64,000 nucleotides of DNA from a virus (lineage: Duplodnaviria; Caudoviricetes). Below, in pieces: positions 30,949-39,887 of the stretch. The position numbers and the translations under genes were made by a program. The stretch covers positions 1 to 64,000 of IMG/VR virus record IMGVR_UViG_3300033518_000398; one strand, written 5' to 3'. Below the pieces are notes generated by a model. It did not search any database. It was not told the origin of the DNA and saw only the letters and a list, made by a program, of their open reading frames with translations. Numbering within the stretch: position 1 is the stretch's first letter; every line of letters begins with the position of its first letter.

Positions 30949-31761
30949 TTACATTAAAAATTCGTTTAGACTTAATTCTTGAGTAAGATAATCGTTTTTC
31001 ATACTAACCATTTTTTCGAGATACCCAGTGTTTCTTAAAACTTTAAATACAAGATTTTCCACAGAATATTCACCACTTTTATCAAGACCACTTTGTCTAT
31101 ATTTTTTTATTTTATTTTTCAATACATCGTGTTTCTTTAAAAAATCTTCCTTACTTCTATTTGTTTCTAAGTCATCAATTGCATTCATGATGTCAGAAGA
31201 TTTTAATTGTACATCTGCTGTATCAATATTTATAATTTTTTTTGTTGGTTTTCTTATCCAATCATTTTTAATTAAAGAATATGTTCCAGAGGAATGATGT
31301 GGTTCGGCACTATCTTGAAAATACATTTCAACATCATGACCTTTAATCTGAATTGGAAGTTTTTCTGCCCATAATTGTTTTTTCATTTTAAAGAAATCGC
31401 CAACAAATTCCTTATTTTCTGAAATCTGATTGAAATCAAGAACAACATGAATATCTAAGTCAGAATTTTCGTTGTAATTATAGTTTGCCATGCTACCAGT
31501 AAGTATTATATCATTAAACTTAAGGTTTTCTGCATCACAAAATTCAATGAACCTCTTAGCATTCATTAATAAAGATTTTCTGACTTCGTTTTTTAATTTT
31601 TCGTCAGATTCCCAAATAAGTGGACTTAACGTATCGTGAGTTTGAATACTTGATACATCAACATTATCAGGTTCAACAACTTCTTTCAGTGTATCTGAAA
31701 TATTATGTCTTCTCCAATATCTGTTCGACCATGAACGTGGGTTTTTCTTATTTTCTTCCAT
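30949..31761 (-). CDS. Pol-beta-superfamily nucleotidyltransferase
   Basis: DIILTGSMANYNYNENSDLDIHVVLD (GS + DxD motif); EMYFQD third acidic residue. Confidence 0.8.
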   Translation of the reverse strand: MEENKKNPRSWSNRYWRRHNISDTLKEVVEPDNVDVSSIQTHDTLSPLIWESDEKLKNEVRKSLLMNAKRFIEFCDAENLKFNDIILTGSMANYNYNENSDLDIHVVLDFNQISENKEFVGDFFKMKKQLWAEKLPIQIKGHDVEMYFQDSAEPHHSSGTYSLIKNDWIRKPTKKIINIDTADVQLKSSDIMNAIDDLETNRSKEDFLKKHDVLKNKIKKYRQSGLDKSGEYSVENLVFKVLRNTGYLEKMVSMKNDYLTQELSLNEFLM

Positions 31762-31763
31762 GT

Positions 31764-32306
31764 TTATCTTCTAAAATTCTGATATATGTTGTCATTTTCC
31801 ATGTCAACGGGTTGTCCTTTTGGTGTGGAAACTGGAACAACTCGACCCATATCATATCCAAACCAACGATTAGCTAAACCGTTCAACCAGTCTTTAGCTT
31901 CTTGTTCTGTATTATATTCCATTGCATTAGTTGACCACACATTTTCACCCTTACCAGTTACTTCTGCACGATATTTTTCACCCAATTCTTCTTCAATCCC
32001 TTGCTTTAGTCTTGGCGCAAATGTTTTATGTGCTGGTGGAAGACTCATTGGTTCAGTATCAATCATGCTTTCATTAATTACTTTGCCACCATGTTCAATC
32101 CATGCAGTAAAACCTTCACCATATGATAGTTGTGCTTCGTTTTTTAAGACCTTTGCTTGATATGGGTCTTGGGCAGTTTCTATAAGACGTGCAGACATTC
32201 CTTCATAAGAACCCATGATTTTATATTCTTCATTTAAGACTGGTTTTACATGATTGATTTTTTCAACCATTTCAAATAGTCTGGCTTTTGATGATTTAAA
32301 TTTCAT
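31764..32306 (-). CDS. Late protein with the LFE...LNE leader
   Basis: MKFKSSKARLFEMVEKINHVKPVLNE. Confidence 0.75.
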   Translation of the reverse strand: MKFKSSKARLFEMVEKINHVKPVLNEEYKIMGSYEGMSARLIETAQDPYQAKVLKNEAQLSYGEGFTAWIEHGGKVINESMIDTEPMSLPPAHKTFAPRLKQGIEEELGEKYRAEVTGKGENVWSTNAMEYNTEQEAKDWLNGLANRWFGYDMGRVVPVSTPKGQPVDMENDNIYQNFRR

Positions 32307-32329
32307 TTTTGGTACAGTATTATATGTAA

Positions 32330-32818
32330 TTATTTACCAACCTTCGCAATTGCAGCTACAGGGATTTTTTTACCAGCATTACCAGCTTCGTCAAGTTCAT
32401 CTTTATCTTCTTTAGATGTTTCAGAGTCTTCGTCTTTCTTGTCATCTTTTTTATCAAAATTGAACTGAGTTTTGCTTTTAGGTTTTTCATCCTTTTTCTC
32501 ACCTTTTTTCTTATCGAAATTCCATTCAGTAAGTTCTGCTGGTTCTTGTGCAGGTTCTCCTTCCAATTCTTCTTCTTCTGCTTCAGCACTTTCTTCTCCT
32601 TCTTCATCACCGTGAACCATAGCATATAGACTATCGATTTTTGCTGTTAATGCAGCAAGTTTTTCTTCTGGTGATTTTTCTTCTGGAATTTCTTCCATAC
32701 CGCCCATAGCAGGTTCTTCTGTTGCTTCTACGTCAAAATCTTCATTTAATTTGGGTTTGAATGTTTTATCGAGTCTACCCATAACTTCGAACAACCTTTG
32801 TTTACTATTTTTTTTCAT
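32330..32818 (-). CDS. Acidic late protein with the LFE...LNE leader
   Basis: MKKNSKQRLFEVMGRLDKTFKPKLNE; late motif at 32835. Confidence 0.75.
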   Translation of the reverse strand: MKKNSKQRLFEVMGRLDKTFKPKLNEDFDVEATEEPAMGGMEEIPEEKSPEEKLAALTAKIDSLYAMVHGDEEGEESAEAEEEELEGEPAQEPAELTEWNFDKKKGEKKDEKPKSKTQFNFDKKDDKKDEDSETSKEDKDELDEAGNAGKKIPVAAIAKVGK

Positions 32819-32845
32819 TTTCTTGATTTTTTATATAAATACTTA

Positions 32846-34183
32846 TTAATGTTGAGATAGGAATATTTTTCTAACATCAGGTCTGCGTGCTTCAATATCA
32901 CCATCGCCTGTTGGCATAACAACAACGTTCCAAAATACACCCTCTTTTTGTGGGGTTTTCATCATTTCATCATACGTTAAAATTGATTCATGTTTCATTC
33001 TATATTCTGGATATGCATCTTCTGCAATTCTTCTTTTTAGTTCAGAGACACCCGCCCAACCATCGATAAACATAACCTTTCCTTTCTCATCGAGTGCATA
33101 TTCTTCACCAGTTTTACCACCCTTTTTGGATTTTTTAATTAATAGGTCATGAAAATATTTTTTCTGTAAAAAATTAGATGTTTTTGCAGTTTCCCACAAC
33201 CCATTTTCTTTTAATATATTGACTTGAATAGGATGTGCATTGGATGAAAACACAACTGTGAAATTTGGTGTTTGATTTATATATACATCTGCCATTTTTG
33301 TATACGCATAGGATTTTGCATTATATCCCCTTTCGATTAATCTATTCGTAACACGCATTGCAATATCATAATATACTTTTGTAAAGAAATCACCAGAATC
33401 ATTCCATCTCATATATAAAGTAATATCATTACCATGCATTTTACACAGCGTTTCAAGTTCATTGTATATTTTTTCTTCATATCGTTCTGGTTCATTTAAT
33501 AACCAATTCAATATTTGTGTTGCACGCAAGTATGGATTAGGATATTTGATATAATTTCCATGTCTGGCATAACAAGGTTTGATGCAGCTACCTGCACCGG
33601 GACAGGTCGTAATATAAATAAACTTATTTTTTTCTTTATCGTAAACCAATCCTTTAAACGCAGGTATACCAGTATTGTATGTTACAGAATCTTTAGTTGA
33701 AGACTTTTCCATCTTACTATTTGCATCGACAATATTTTTAGGTTCTTGTGAAATTTCTTTTATAAATCTTTCGACATCAAAATCACCAAGTGCCTGTACG
33801 ATTTCCTCATATTCTTCCCCACTAAGATTTAATGAACCAAGGTCACGAAATTTCAAATCTTTCCATATACCCTCTTCCCCCTTTTTACTTCTTCGTTTTA
33901 CTAATCTTGGGTCACCAGCTTTATGTATTGTAGATGCATGAATCCAAGGTTTAGAAATTGGAACTTCTGGTCTCTTCCCTGCAGACATTTTTTGTCTTTT
34001 TGCAAGAAAATTAAGATATTCAGCGAATTCCGTTGGGTCAATACATGTATGCTTATTTTCTAAATCATTATATAATGTTTGAAAATTTATTTCGTATAAC
34101 ATCTCGGAATCATCTTCAATCAATGATGTACCATTAATTTTGTTCATCATTTCGAATAATCGTTGTCTACTATCTTTAATCAT
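32846..34183 (-). CDS. GP88-like (radical-SAM-like Fe-S) protein with the LFE leader
   Basis: TCPGAGSCIKPCYARHG, MRWNDSGDF, YAYTKM; N-terminus MIKDSRQRLFEMMNKINGTSLIE. Confidence 0.65.
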   Translation of the reverse strand: MIKDSRQRLFEMMNKINGTSLIEDDSEMLYEINFQTLYNDLENKHTCIDPTEFAEYLNFLAKRQKMSAGKRPEVPISKPWIHASTIHKAGDPRLVKRRSKKGEEGIWKDLKFRDLGSLNLSGEEYEEIVQALGDFDVERFIKEISQEPKNIVDANSKMEKSSTKDSVTYNTGIPAFKGLVYDKEKNKFIYITTCPGAGSCIKPCYARHGNYIKYPNPYLRATQILNWLLNEPERYEEKIYNELETLCKMHGNDITLYMRWNDSGDFFTKVYYDIAMRVTNRLIERGYNAKSYAYTKMADVYINQTPNFTVVFSSNAHPIQVNILKENGLWETAKTSNFLQKKYFHDLLIKKSKKGGKTGEEYALDEKGKVMFIDGWAGVSELKRRIAEDAYPEYRMKHESILTYDEMMKTPQKEGVFWNVVVMPTGDGDIEARRPDVRKIFLSQH

Positions 34184-34271
34184 GATACTTATTCTTAAAT
34201 TTTGTTATTTTACATAAATACAGAACTATTAATTAAAGTCTTTGAGTATTTATTATAAATTCCACTATAAA

Positions 34272-36326
34272 ATGAATTTAGAATGTTTAAATGATATAAT
34301 TACCGATAATTTAGCAATACACATCGATTTAACAGATATTAAATCGTGGGTAAACTGGAATACTGGTCTCACTGCGTTTAGTTTAACTAAATGGAATGGA
34401 GCAATTTCTGATAATATTAACTTAATTGATTTTGGACTAACTGGTTTCGATAACGGTAGAACCAATATTATGTGGAGTGGTATCACAGTCACACCGAAAG
34501 ATACGTTCTTCACGATGTATAGAGTGGGGTTTAATGAAGTGCATAACCCAACAACAGATGAAACGAGTGGTGTTACTGCTACAACATTTTATTATCCAAT
34601 AAGTGCAATTACATCGGGTGATACCGAAAATTATTATTTTGACCTTACTGGTGGTTATTTACAAGGATTTTTTAAACTTCAAAATTATAACTACGAATTA
34701 TTTCCATCAAGATATAATAAAGGTATAACAATTGAAACTATTGTATATTTACATCCTGATTCGCATGGAATATTTTTCATGATGGGCGCACGTGCTGAAG
34801 ATAAATACAATCCGTATTTTAGTGGTGAGACAATTACTGGTACGACAACTATTGGTGTAGTAACAAGTGAAGATAATTATTTGGATGCTATTACTGAATC
34901 CGAGGAATTGAAAACCGCTTTTATTCAACCCGAAGAAATGATGAAAACAGTTTATTCTGAAATTCCACAGGTTAATAATGTGCGAAACAACGTAATTGCC
35001 TTTGAACTAACTCAAGATAAGAGAATTGCATATAAATATATTAATAATGAGGGACTTATCATAACAAATAGCTCGCCAGCAATTGTTACTGCAACAGGTT
35101 TTACGATGATTGATATCGCATTTACCCCAGACATTATATTTAATAGTCCAACACAATTAGAATGTGCACCACAAAGAACAGGTAAGTTAATTTTTTATAT
35201 TAACGGGCGTGCCATGTGGATTGTTAAAGACTTTCCTGAGTTTTATTTTCATGCATTTAATAATGATAGAGAAAAAGAAATTGGTGTACCGTATTCAATT
35301 AGCTGGGGTGGTGGTAGTTTTGGATTAAAACATTCATGGCATTACGATTATCAAACATATGTAATGTATGATGGTCAAGATACTGATTATATTACTTCGA
35401 AATTCTTCGTAGAACCAGACCCAATTCCTACTGAATGTTATATTGCACCAACTGGTGACACATATTTGGCTGGGTTGTCATTAAGTGCAGATAGTGTGAC
35501 GTTTAAATATGTTGATGAATGTGACCCAGATGTTGAATATCCACTTACAGTAATGAGAATTCAATATACTGGTGGAACTGGTAATACATATTTTATAAAA
35601 TTCAATCAACCGATTTCAGTACTTTCAAACCGTGATTATAATGTTAACCTATTATTATATAATGATGATTTCTTTTCTGGTGATAGTATAAATAAGGTAT
35701 CTATATTAATGTATAGTGACGTTGTTGATATCAATGTCATCAAAGATATTGAATACATGCATCCAATAACCAGCGAATATATTGCAAGTCTACAAGATGA
35801 TACATTACATCCTTGGGGTGATGGTCAAGAATATCAATATAGTCTTGATGGTAAATTATATTATGGTGATAGTGGTTTGCCTGTTACATTGATAAATTCA
35901 ATGATTGTTGGATATGGTATGACTAATTATGGTTACTATGATGGTGGAGAAAATCATAGTGATTTAATGACTGGTGATAAAAATTGGTTACCTATGTATA
36001 GTACATTTAGAATACCTGATAATACTGGACAAAAGGAAATATTTATGGGACTTTTAATTCAAACTGATGGTGAATTTAATATAAACGGTAACCTATATAT
36101 TAATGGATTCACTTATACTGCAGCAGATATTTTGGTACAAGATGAAAGAAAAGATGATTTAACTATTCAACAAAACTTTGATTCTGGTTTTATTGGTGGT
36201 ATTCAGAAACTTAGAATATATGATAGAGCATTCACTTCTCCAGAAATATTACATAATGCATTAATTGAAAGAGAAAAGAATCCAAATATTATTGTAAGTA
36301 AAGGTGGTAGAATAATTTATAGGTAA
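34272..36326 (+). CDS. Virion protein with LamG/concanavalin-like features
   Basis: Beta-rich; KLIFYING, ISWGGG, FIGGIQKLRIYDRAF; late motif at 34246. Confidence 0.6.
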   Translation: MNLECLNDIITDNLAIHIDLTDIKSWVNWNTGLTAFSLTKWNGAISDNINLIDFGLTGFDNGRTNIMWSGITVTPKDTFFTMYRVGFNEVHNPTTDETSGVTATTFYYPISAITSGDTENYYFDLTGGYLQGFFKLQNYNYELFPSRYNKGITIETIVYLHPDSHGIFFMMGARAEDKYNPYFSGETITGTTTIGVVTSEDNYLDAITESEELKTAFIQPEEMMKTVYSEIPQVNNVRNNVIAFELTQDKRIAYKYINNEGLIITNSSPAIVTATGFTMIDIAFTPDIIFNSPTQLECAPQRTGKLIFYINGRAMWIVKDFPEFYFHAFNNDREKEIGVPYSISWGGGSFGLKHSWHYDYQTYVMYDGQDTDYITSKFFVEPDPIPTECYIAPTGDTYLAGLSLSADSVTFKYVDECDPDVEYPLTVMRIQYTGGTGNTYFIKFNQPISVLSNRDYNVNLLLYNDDFFSGDSINKVSILMYSDVVDINVIKDIEYMHPITSEYIASLQDDTLHPWGDGQEYQYSLDGKLYYGDSGLPVTLINSMIVGYGMTNYGYYDGGENHSDLMTGDKNWLPMYSTFRIPDNTGQKEIFMGLLIQTDGEFNINGNLYINGFTYTAADILVQDERKDDLTIQQNFDSGFIGGIQKLRIYDRAFTSPEILHNALIEREKNPNIIVSKGGRIIYR

Positions 36327-36526
36327 TGAGTCAATTGTCAGAAATTTTTGAGGGTTGGAAAAACTATGCATTTCCAAATAAGGAGGTGGAAAATGAAGCA
36401 AAACGTAGAATGACAATATGTGTGGGGTGCGATAAACTAAAAAAGAATAAATGTGTGTTGTGCGGATGTTATATGCCAGCAAAAGTCAGAAGTCCTAAAT
36501 CAAGATGTAGAATAAAGAAATGGTAG
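36326..36526 (+). CDS. Small Cys-rich (Zn-binding) protein
   Basis: RRMTICVGC..CVLCGCYMPAKVRSPKSRC..KW. Confidence 0.75.
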   Translation: MSQLSEIFEGWKNYAFPNKEVENEAKRRMTICVGCDKLKKNKCVLCGCYMPAKVRSPKSRCRIKKW

Positions 36527-36529
36527 GAA

Positions 36530-36988
36530 TTAACCAACCATTTGATGTTCTTTTGTTTTTTCCAACCAATTTAATTTATTGCTTGTAACAAGAAGATAAG
36601 TATTTTCAAATGCTCTACCTTGGACATTATCGGAATCAACACATATTTTTGAATAGCCTTCAAGTAACCTATTTTTATTTTCAGTAACAATTTCTATAAT
36701 TCCATTTAAACAAGTTACCCATCCAATATAGAAACGTTGTTTTAAGTCAAAATATGCATTTTTGGGAATGTAAAAAAACACAACACTTTCATTTGGATTA
36801 TCAAGATTAGGTATTTTCTTATATTTAATAGTGCTATCGTCTTCGCAATTATCCCATTCAGTAAAAAAACGAATAATGATACCGTCATCAACATTATGAA
36901 TCGATGGCAATTCTTTGAGTAATTCTGCTTTTCTTTTATTTAGCAGTACATCAATTTTGTCCAATATCATTTTCTTTTCCTCTGTCAT
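36530..36988 (-). CDS. Hypothetical protein
   Basis: 152-aa ORF. Confidence 0.65.
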   Translation of the reverse strand: MTEEKKMILDKIDVLLNKRKAELLKELPSIHNVDDGIIIRFFTEWDNCEDDSTIKYKKIPNLDNPNESVVFFYIPKNAYFDLKQRFYIGWVTCLNGIIEIVTENKNRLLEGYSKICVDSDNVQGRAFENTYLLVTSNKLNWLEKTKEHQMVG

Positions 36989-36989
36989 T

Positions 36990-37607
36990 CTAACAATATG
37001 GTATGTTTTGAATCTTGTCTCGCATTTCTGGTGTACGAATTTCTAATCTTGTTGCGCTTTCGATATATGTTTCACAAAAATGTCTGGTAAATAATGTCTG
37101 AATTTTTGGTGGTGCGTGTTTAAATGCAAGAAATTCGATTTCATCACCATCTTCGGTATTCAATGTAACATCAATATCACCCCACTCAAAACCATCAAAC
37201 CATGCATCTCCAGATGGTTCAATTGCATCTCCCATAGTACCACCCCAGTTCCCTTGGTCATACCATCCACCTTCGGATATTGAAATATCGTCACCATTAA
37301 AATTTAAATTGAAGCTAATCGGTTGTTTTTGTTGGTCATATTTATATTCAACAACTAAATAATATTCAAGACTGAGACTTGATGCGTTTTCATAATCACC
37401 TTCCCAATCTCCACCAATTCTCGAATCATAAATCTTGGTTTTTACATTACTTTTACTCAATAATGCATCACAAATAAATTGTTTTTGGAAATCTTCGTTT
37501 TTTAGTAAATTAATGGTTTCCATTTCCTTACTGTGCTCATCATTACCAAGAAAATCAAATTCTTGAATTTCTTCATTAATGATTTTTATAAATTCTTTTT
37601 TATTCAC
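36990..37607 (-). CDS. Late protein with IINEE N-terminal motif
   Basis: MNKKEFIKIINEEIQEF; late motif at 37623. Confidence 0.7.
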   Translation of the reverse strand: MNKKEFIKIINEEIQEFDFLGNDEHSKEMETINLLKNEDFQKQFICDALLSKSNVKTKIYDSRIGGDWEGDYENASSLSLEYYLVVEYKYDQQKQPISFNLNFNGDDISISEGGWYDQGNWGGTMGDAIEPSGDAWFDGFEWGDIDVTLNTEDGDEIEFLAFKHAPPKIQTLFTRHFCETYIESATRLEIRTPEMRDKIQNIPYC

Positions 37608-37791
37608 AGATAAAACTTTTTAATAAATACTAATAAATTTATATAAAATTGTTAGTTGTGAGTATTTATATTTGAAAATCATTGCTTAATTCGTATTAAG
37701 TTATGTCTGAAAAAAATCAGAGTGATTTTTGAAATTTTATCGCCTGATAGGGGTTATGTAAAATTTTAAGACTAACAAAGTGATTTATAAC

Positions 37792-37821
37792 TGCACCGTT
37801 TTTATAGCGGTGCATTTTTTT
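37792..37821 (+). terminator. Intrinsic terminator
   Basis: TGCACCGTT / AGCGGTGCA followed by a T-run. Confidence 0.8.
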
Positions 37822-37856
37822 ATATGGGTTTTAAGTATTTATTGAAAATTGTTGAA

Positions 37857-38141
37857 ATGAAGAAAAAAACTAAAGAAATGCTTTTTGAAATGATGGAAAA
37901 ATTAAATCCAGATTTCAATGTTCAAGAAGCTGGGGTTGCACCAGATGTTGTTAGTGCACAAAAAGCTACGACAACTAATGTGCAACGTGCTAATCAACGT
38001 ATTGGTACACCACAAGAATTTCAAGATGGTTTTATGGCATGGCTTGGAACAACAGGCTTTGACCCAGTAAAGAAACCATTAGGTATTTCTGATGCACAAT
38101 CTCGTGTGAAAAACGCAATGATTGCACTGGGTTATAAATAA
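37857..38141 (+). CDS. Late protein with the LFE leader
   Basis: MKKKTKEMLFEMMEKLNPDFNVQE; late motif at 37835. Confidence 0.7.
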   Translation: MKKKTKEMLFEMMEKLNPDFNVQEAGVAPDVVSAQKATTTNVQRANQRIGTPQEFQDGFMAWLGTTGFDPVKKPLGISDAQSRVKNAMIALGYK

Positions 38142-38175
38142 AAAATAATTATTTTTGAAAATAATTTGAAATTTG

Positions 38176-38206
38176 TTTGTATTTATGATTTTAATGCATA
38201 TATTTG
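38176..38206 (+). promoter_or_regulatory. Bacteroidota-type promoter for leader 1
   Basis: TTTG 38176-79, 19-nt spacer, TATATTTG 38199-206. Confidence 0.8.
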
Positions 38207-38243
38207 CACTCAGAAGTTTTAATAAATGTTATTTGTAGTTGAA

Positions 38244-38318
38244 ATGAAAAATTTAGTGAACATAGTGCCCCAACCGCAACAACATCCACAGGATGGTGAA
38301 TGGGGAAAGTACGCTTAA
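38244..38318 (+). CDS. Attenuator leader peptide 1 (Pro/Gln/His sensor)
   Basis: MKNLVNIVPQPQQHPQDGEWGKYA*. Confidence 0.8.
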   Translation: MKNLVNIVPQPQQHPQDGEWGKYA

Positions 38319-38348
38319 TTTTTCAATTGAAGTTTTAAGTTAAACATG

Positions 38349-38377
38349 ACCCCATTCTGAAAAGAGTGGGGTTTTTT
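38349..38377 (+). terminator. Attenuator 1 terminator
   Basis: ACCCCATTCT-GAAA-AGAGTGGGGT + T-run; 5' arm complementary to GAATGGGG at 38298-305. Confidence 0.85.
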
Positions 38378-38387
38378 ATTTTCATAT

Positions 38388-38465
38388 CTGGGTGTACTGC
38401 AGATGGCTATACTACGATGCCTTGGAAGCATCGGTCCGCAGGTTCGAATCCTGCCACTCAGACCA
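38388..38465 (+). tRNA. tRNA-Pro(TGG)
   Basis: GATGC-CT TGG AA-GCATC; T-loop GTTCGAATC; encoded CCA. Confidence 0.85.
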
Positions 38466-38469
38466 ATAT

Positions 38470-38545
38470 GGTGATTGTAGAGGAATTGGTAGACTCACCT
38501 GACTGTGAATCAGGAATCTTGCGGGTTCGAGTCCCGTCTTTCACC
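38470..38545 (+). tRNA. tRNA-His(GTG)
   Basis: CCTGA-CT GTG AA-TCAGG; G-1:C73. Confidence 0.85.
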
Positions 38546-38571
38546 CAAATATCGTTCTTTTATATGGTTAT

Positions 38572-38645
38572 AGAGTAGTAGCGCAGTTGGTTAGCGTACC
38601 GCATTTGGGATGCGGGGGTCGAGAGTTCGAGTCTCTCCTACTCTA
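38572..38645 (+). tRNA. tRNA-Pro(TGG), second copy
   Basis: CCGCA-TT TGG GA-TGCGG; canonical cloverleaf. Confidence 0.9.
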
Positions 38646-38649
38646 CTGT

Positions 38650-38720
38650 GTTAGTTGTAGATGCTGGCATTCTACACGTGACTGTGAATCACGGATACGG
38701 GGGTTCGATTCCCCTCTAAA
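38650..38720 (+). pseudogene. Degenerate tRNA-His(GTG)
   Basis: Intact anticodon arm CGTGA-CT GTG AA-TCACG and T-arm, but the 3' acceptor strand is largely lost. Confidence 0.65.
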
Positions 38721-38760
38721 AAATTTTTGTACTTAAAGTATTTATCTGAAAATTGTGTAT

Positions 38761-39123
38761 ATGAAAAAAGGTAATAAACAAATGTTATTTGAGATGATGC
38801 ATAAGGTTGCAGGAATGCCTTTAAATGAAATGGCAAAACCAATAAAAGAATTTCGTAATACAATTGGTGATAAAAAAATGGTTTATTATTTAATGCCAAA
38901 TACTCCCAAAGCAGAAGAAAAGGGTTATGATACTTCAATATTTAAGGTTGATAATTATCATGGTAACGTGACATTATCATATTATTGGTTAAATAGAGAA
39001 TCAGATGAAAATTGGTATAAACCCAAATATGGTACTCATGTAGATGAATATAAATCACAATATATTTCACAAAGTAGAGAACCAGAAAAAGCAAATATGT
39101 TAATTCAAAAGCATAATTTATAA
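38761..39123 (+). CDS. Late protein with the LFE...LNE leader
   Basis: MKKGNKQMLFEMMHKVAGMPLNE; late motif at 38738. Confidence 0.7.
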   Translation: MKKGNKQMLFEMMHKVAGMPLNEMAKPIKEFRNTIGDKKMVYYLMPNTPKAEEKGYDTSIFKVDNYHGNVTLSYYWLNRESDENWYKPKYGTHVDEYKSQYISQSREPEKANMLIQKHNL

Positions 39124-39169
39124 TATTATTGCATTAAATTATATTTATTTATATATATTTGCATAATAT

Positions 39170-39242
39170 TGACCTGTGGTGTAATTGGCAACACGTCTCA
39201 CTTTGACTGAGAAGAGTCCAAGTTCGAGCCTTGGCAGGTCAA
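39170..39242 (+). tRNA. tRNA-Gln(TTG)
   Basis: TCTCA-CT TTG AC-TGAGA; TATATTTG element at 39154-61 immediately upstream. Confidence 0.9.
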
Positions 39243-39258
39243 CTAATTTTCTTGGAAT

Positions 39259-39486
39259 ATGGATGAATTGGAAAAATTACGAAAAGAAAATGAAGATTTG
39301 AAAGACAAATTAACTGATTTGACTTTTGAATTGAATTATAATAAACAAACCGAGTTAATTGAATTCGTTCGTGAATTATATCAATCATTAGGTAATGTTG
39401 GTAAAAATCTTACAAAGAAAGAAATGATTGAAAATCTGAGAAACCATATTCGAGAGTTTACAAAAAATAATAAAATACAATTATGA
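39259..39486 (+). CDS. Hypothetical coiled-coil protein
   Basis: 75-aa ORF. Confidence 0.65.
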   Translation: MDELEKLRKENEDLKDKLTDLTFELNYNKQTELIEFVRELYQSLGNVGKNLTKKEMIENLRNHIREFTKNNKIQL

Positions 39487-39887
39487 GTAATTATAATCTT
39501 TACCTCGATGACTTTCGTCAACCAATTGATAGTAGTTACTATCTTAATAATCCCATATATGGAAACTTAAAATGGGAAGTTGTTCGAAGTTATGATGAAT
39601 TTGTGAAAATAATAACTGAAAAAGGTATTCCTGATATCGTGAGTTTCGACCATGATTTGGCTGATGAACATTACGACCCAGAATTACATGGTAGTGAAAC
39701 CTATAACGAAAAATACGATAATTTTGTATTTAAAACTGGATATGATTGCGCCAAATGGTTTATTAATTATTGTATTGATAACCAAAAAGATGTACCAGAA
39801 AAAATTTTCATTCATTCTATGAATCCAGCAGGAAGTGCTAATATTAAATCGTTATTTGATACATATAATAAGTATCGTAGAATTTAA
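39483..39887 (+). CDS. Cyclic-phosphate-processing receiver-domain-like protein
   Basis: LYLDDFR, VRSYDEF, VSFDHDL, TGYDCAKW, IHSMNPAG. Confidence 0.7.
   Translation: MSNYNLYLDDFRQPIDSSYYLNNPIYGNLKWEVVRSYDEFVKIITEKGIPDIVSFDHDLADEHYDPELHGSETYNEKYDNFVFKTGYDCAKWFINYCIDNQKDVPEKIFIHSMNPAGSANIKSLFDTYNKYRRI

Noticed and set aside
38366-38578. ORF-track CDSs overlapping tRNA genes (also 41458-41643, 53780-54112, 63358-63567, 63671-63859, 63726-63908)
   Set aside because: They coincide with well-formed tRNAs or attenuators and have no protein features.
39129-39242. Fifth attenuator before tRNA-Gln
   Set aside because: The promoter element lies about 9 nt from the tRNA, leaving no room for a leader ORF or terminator.
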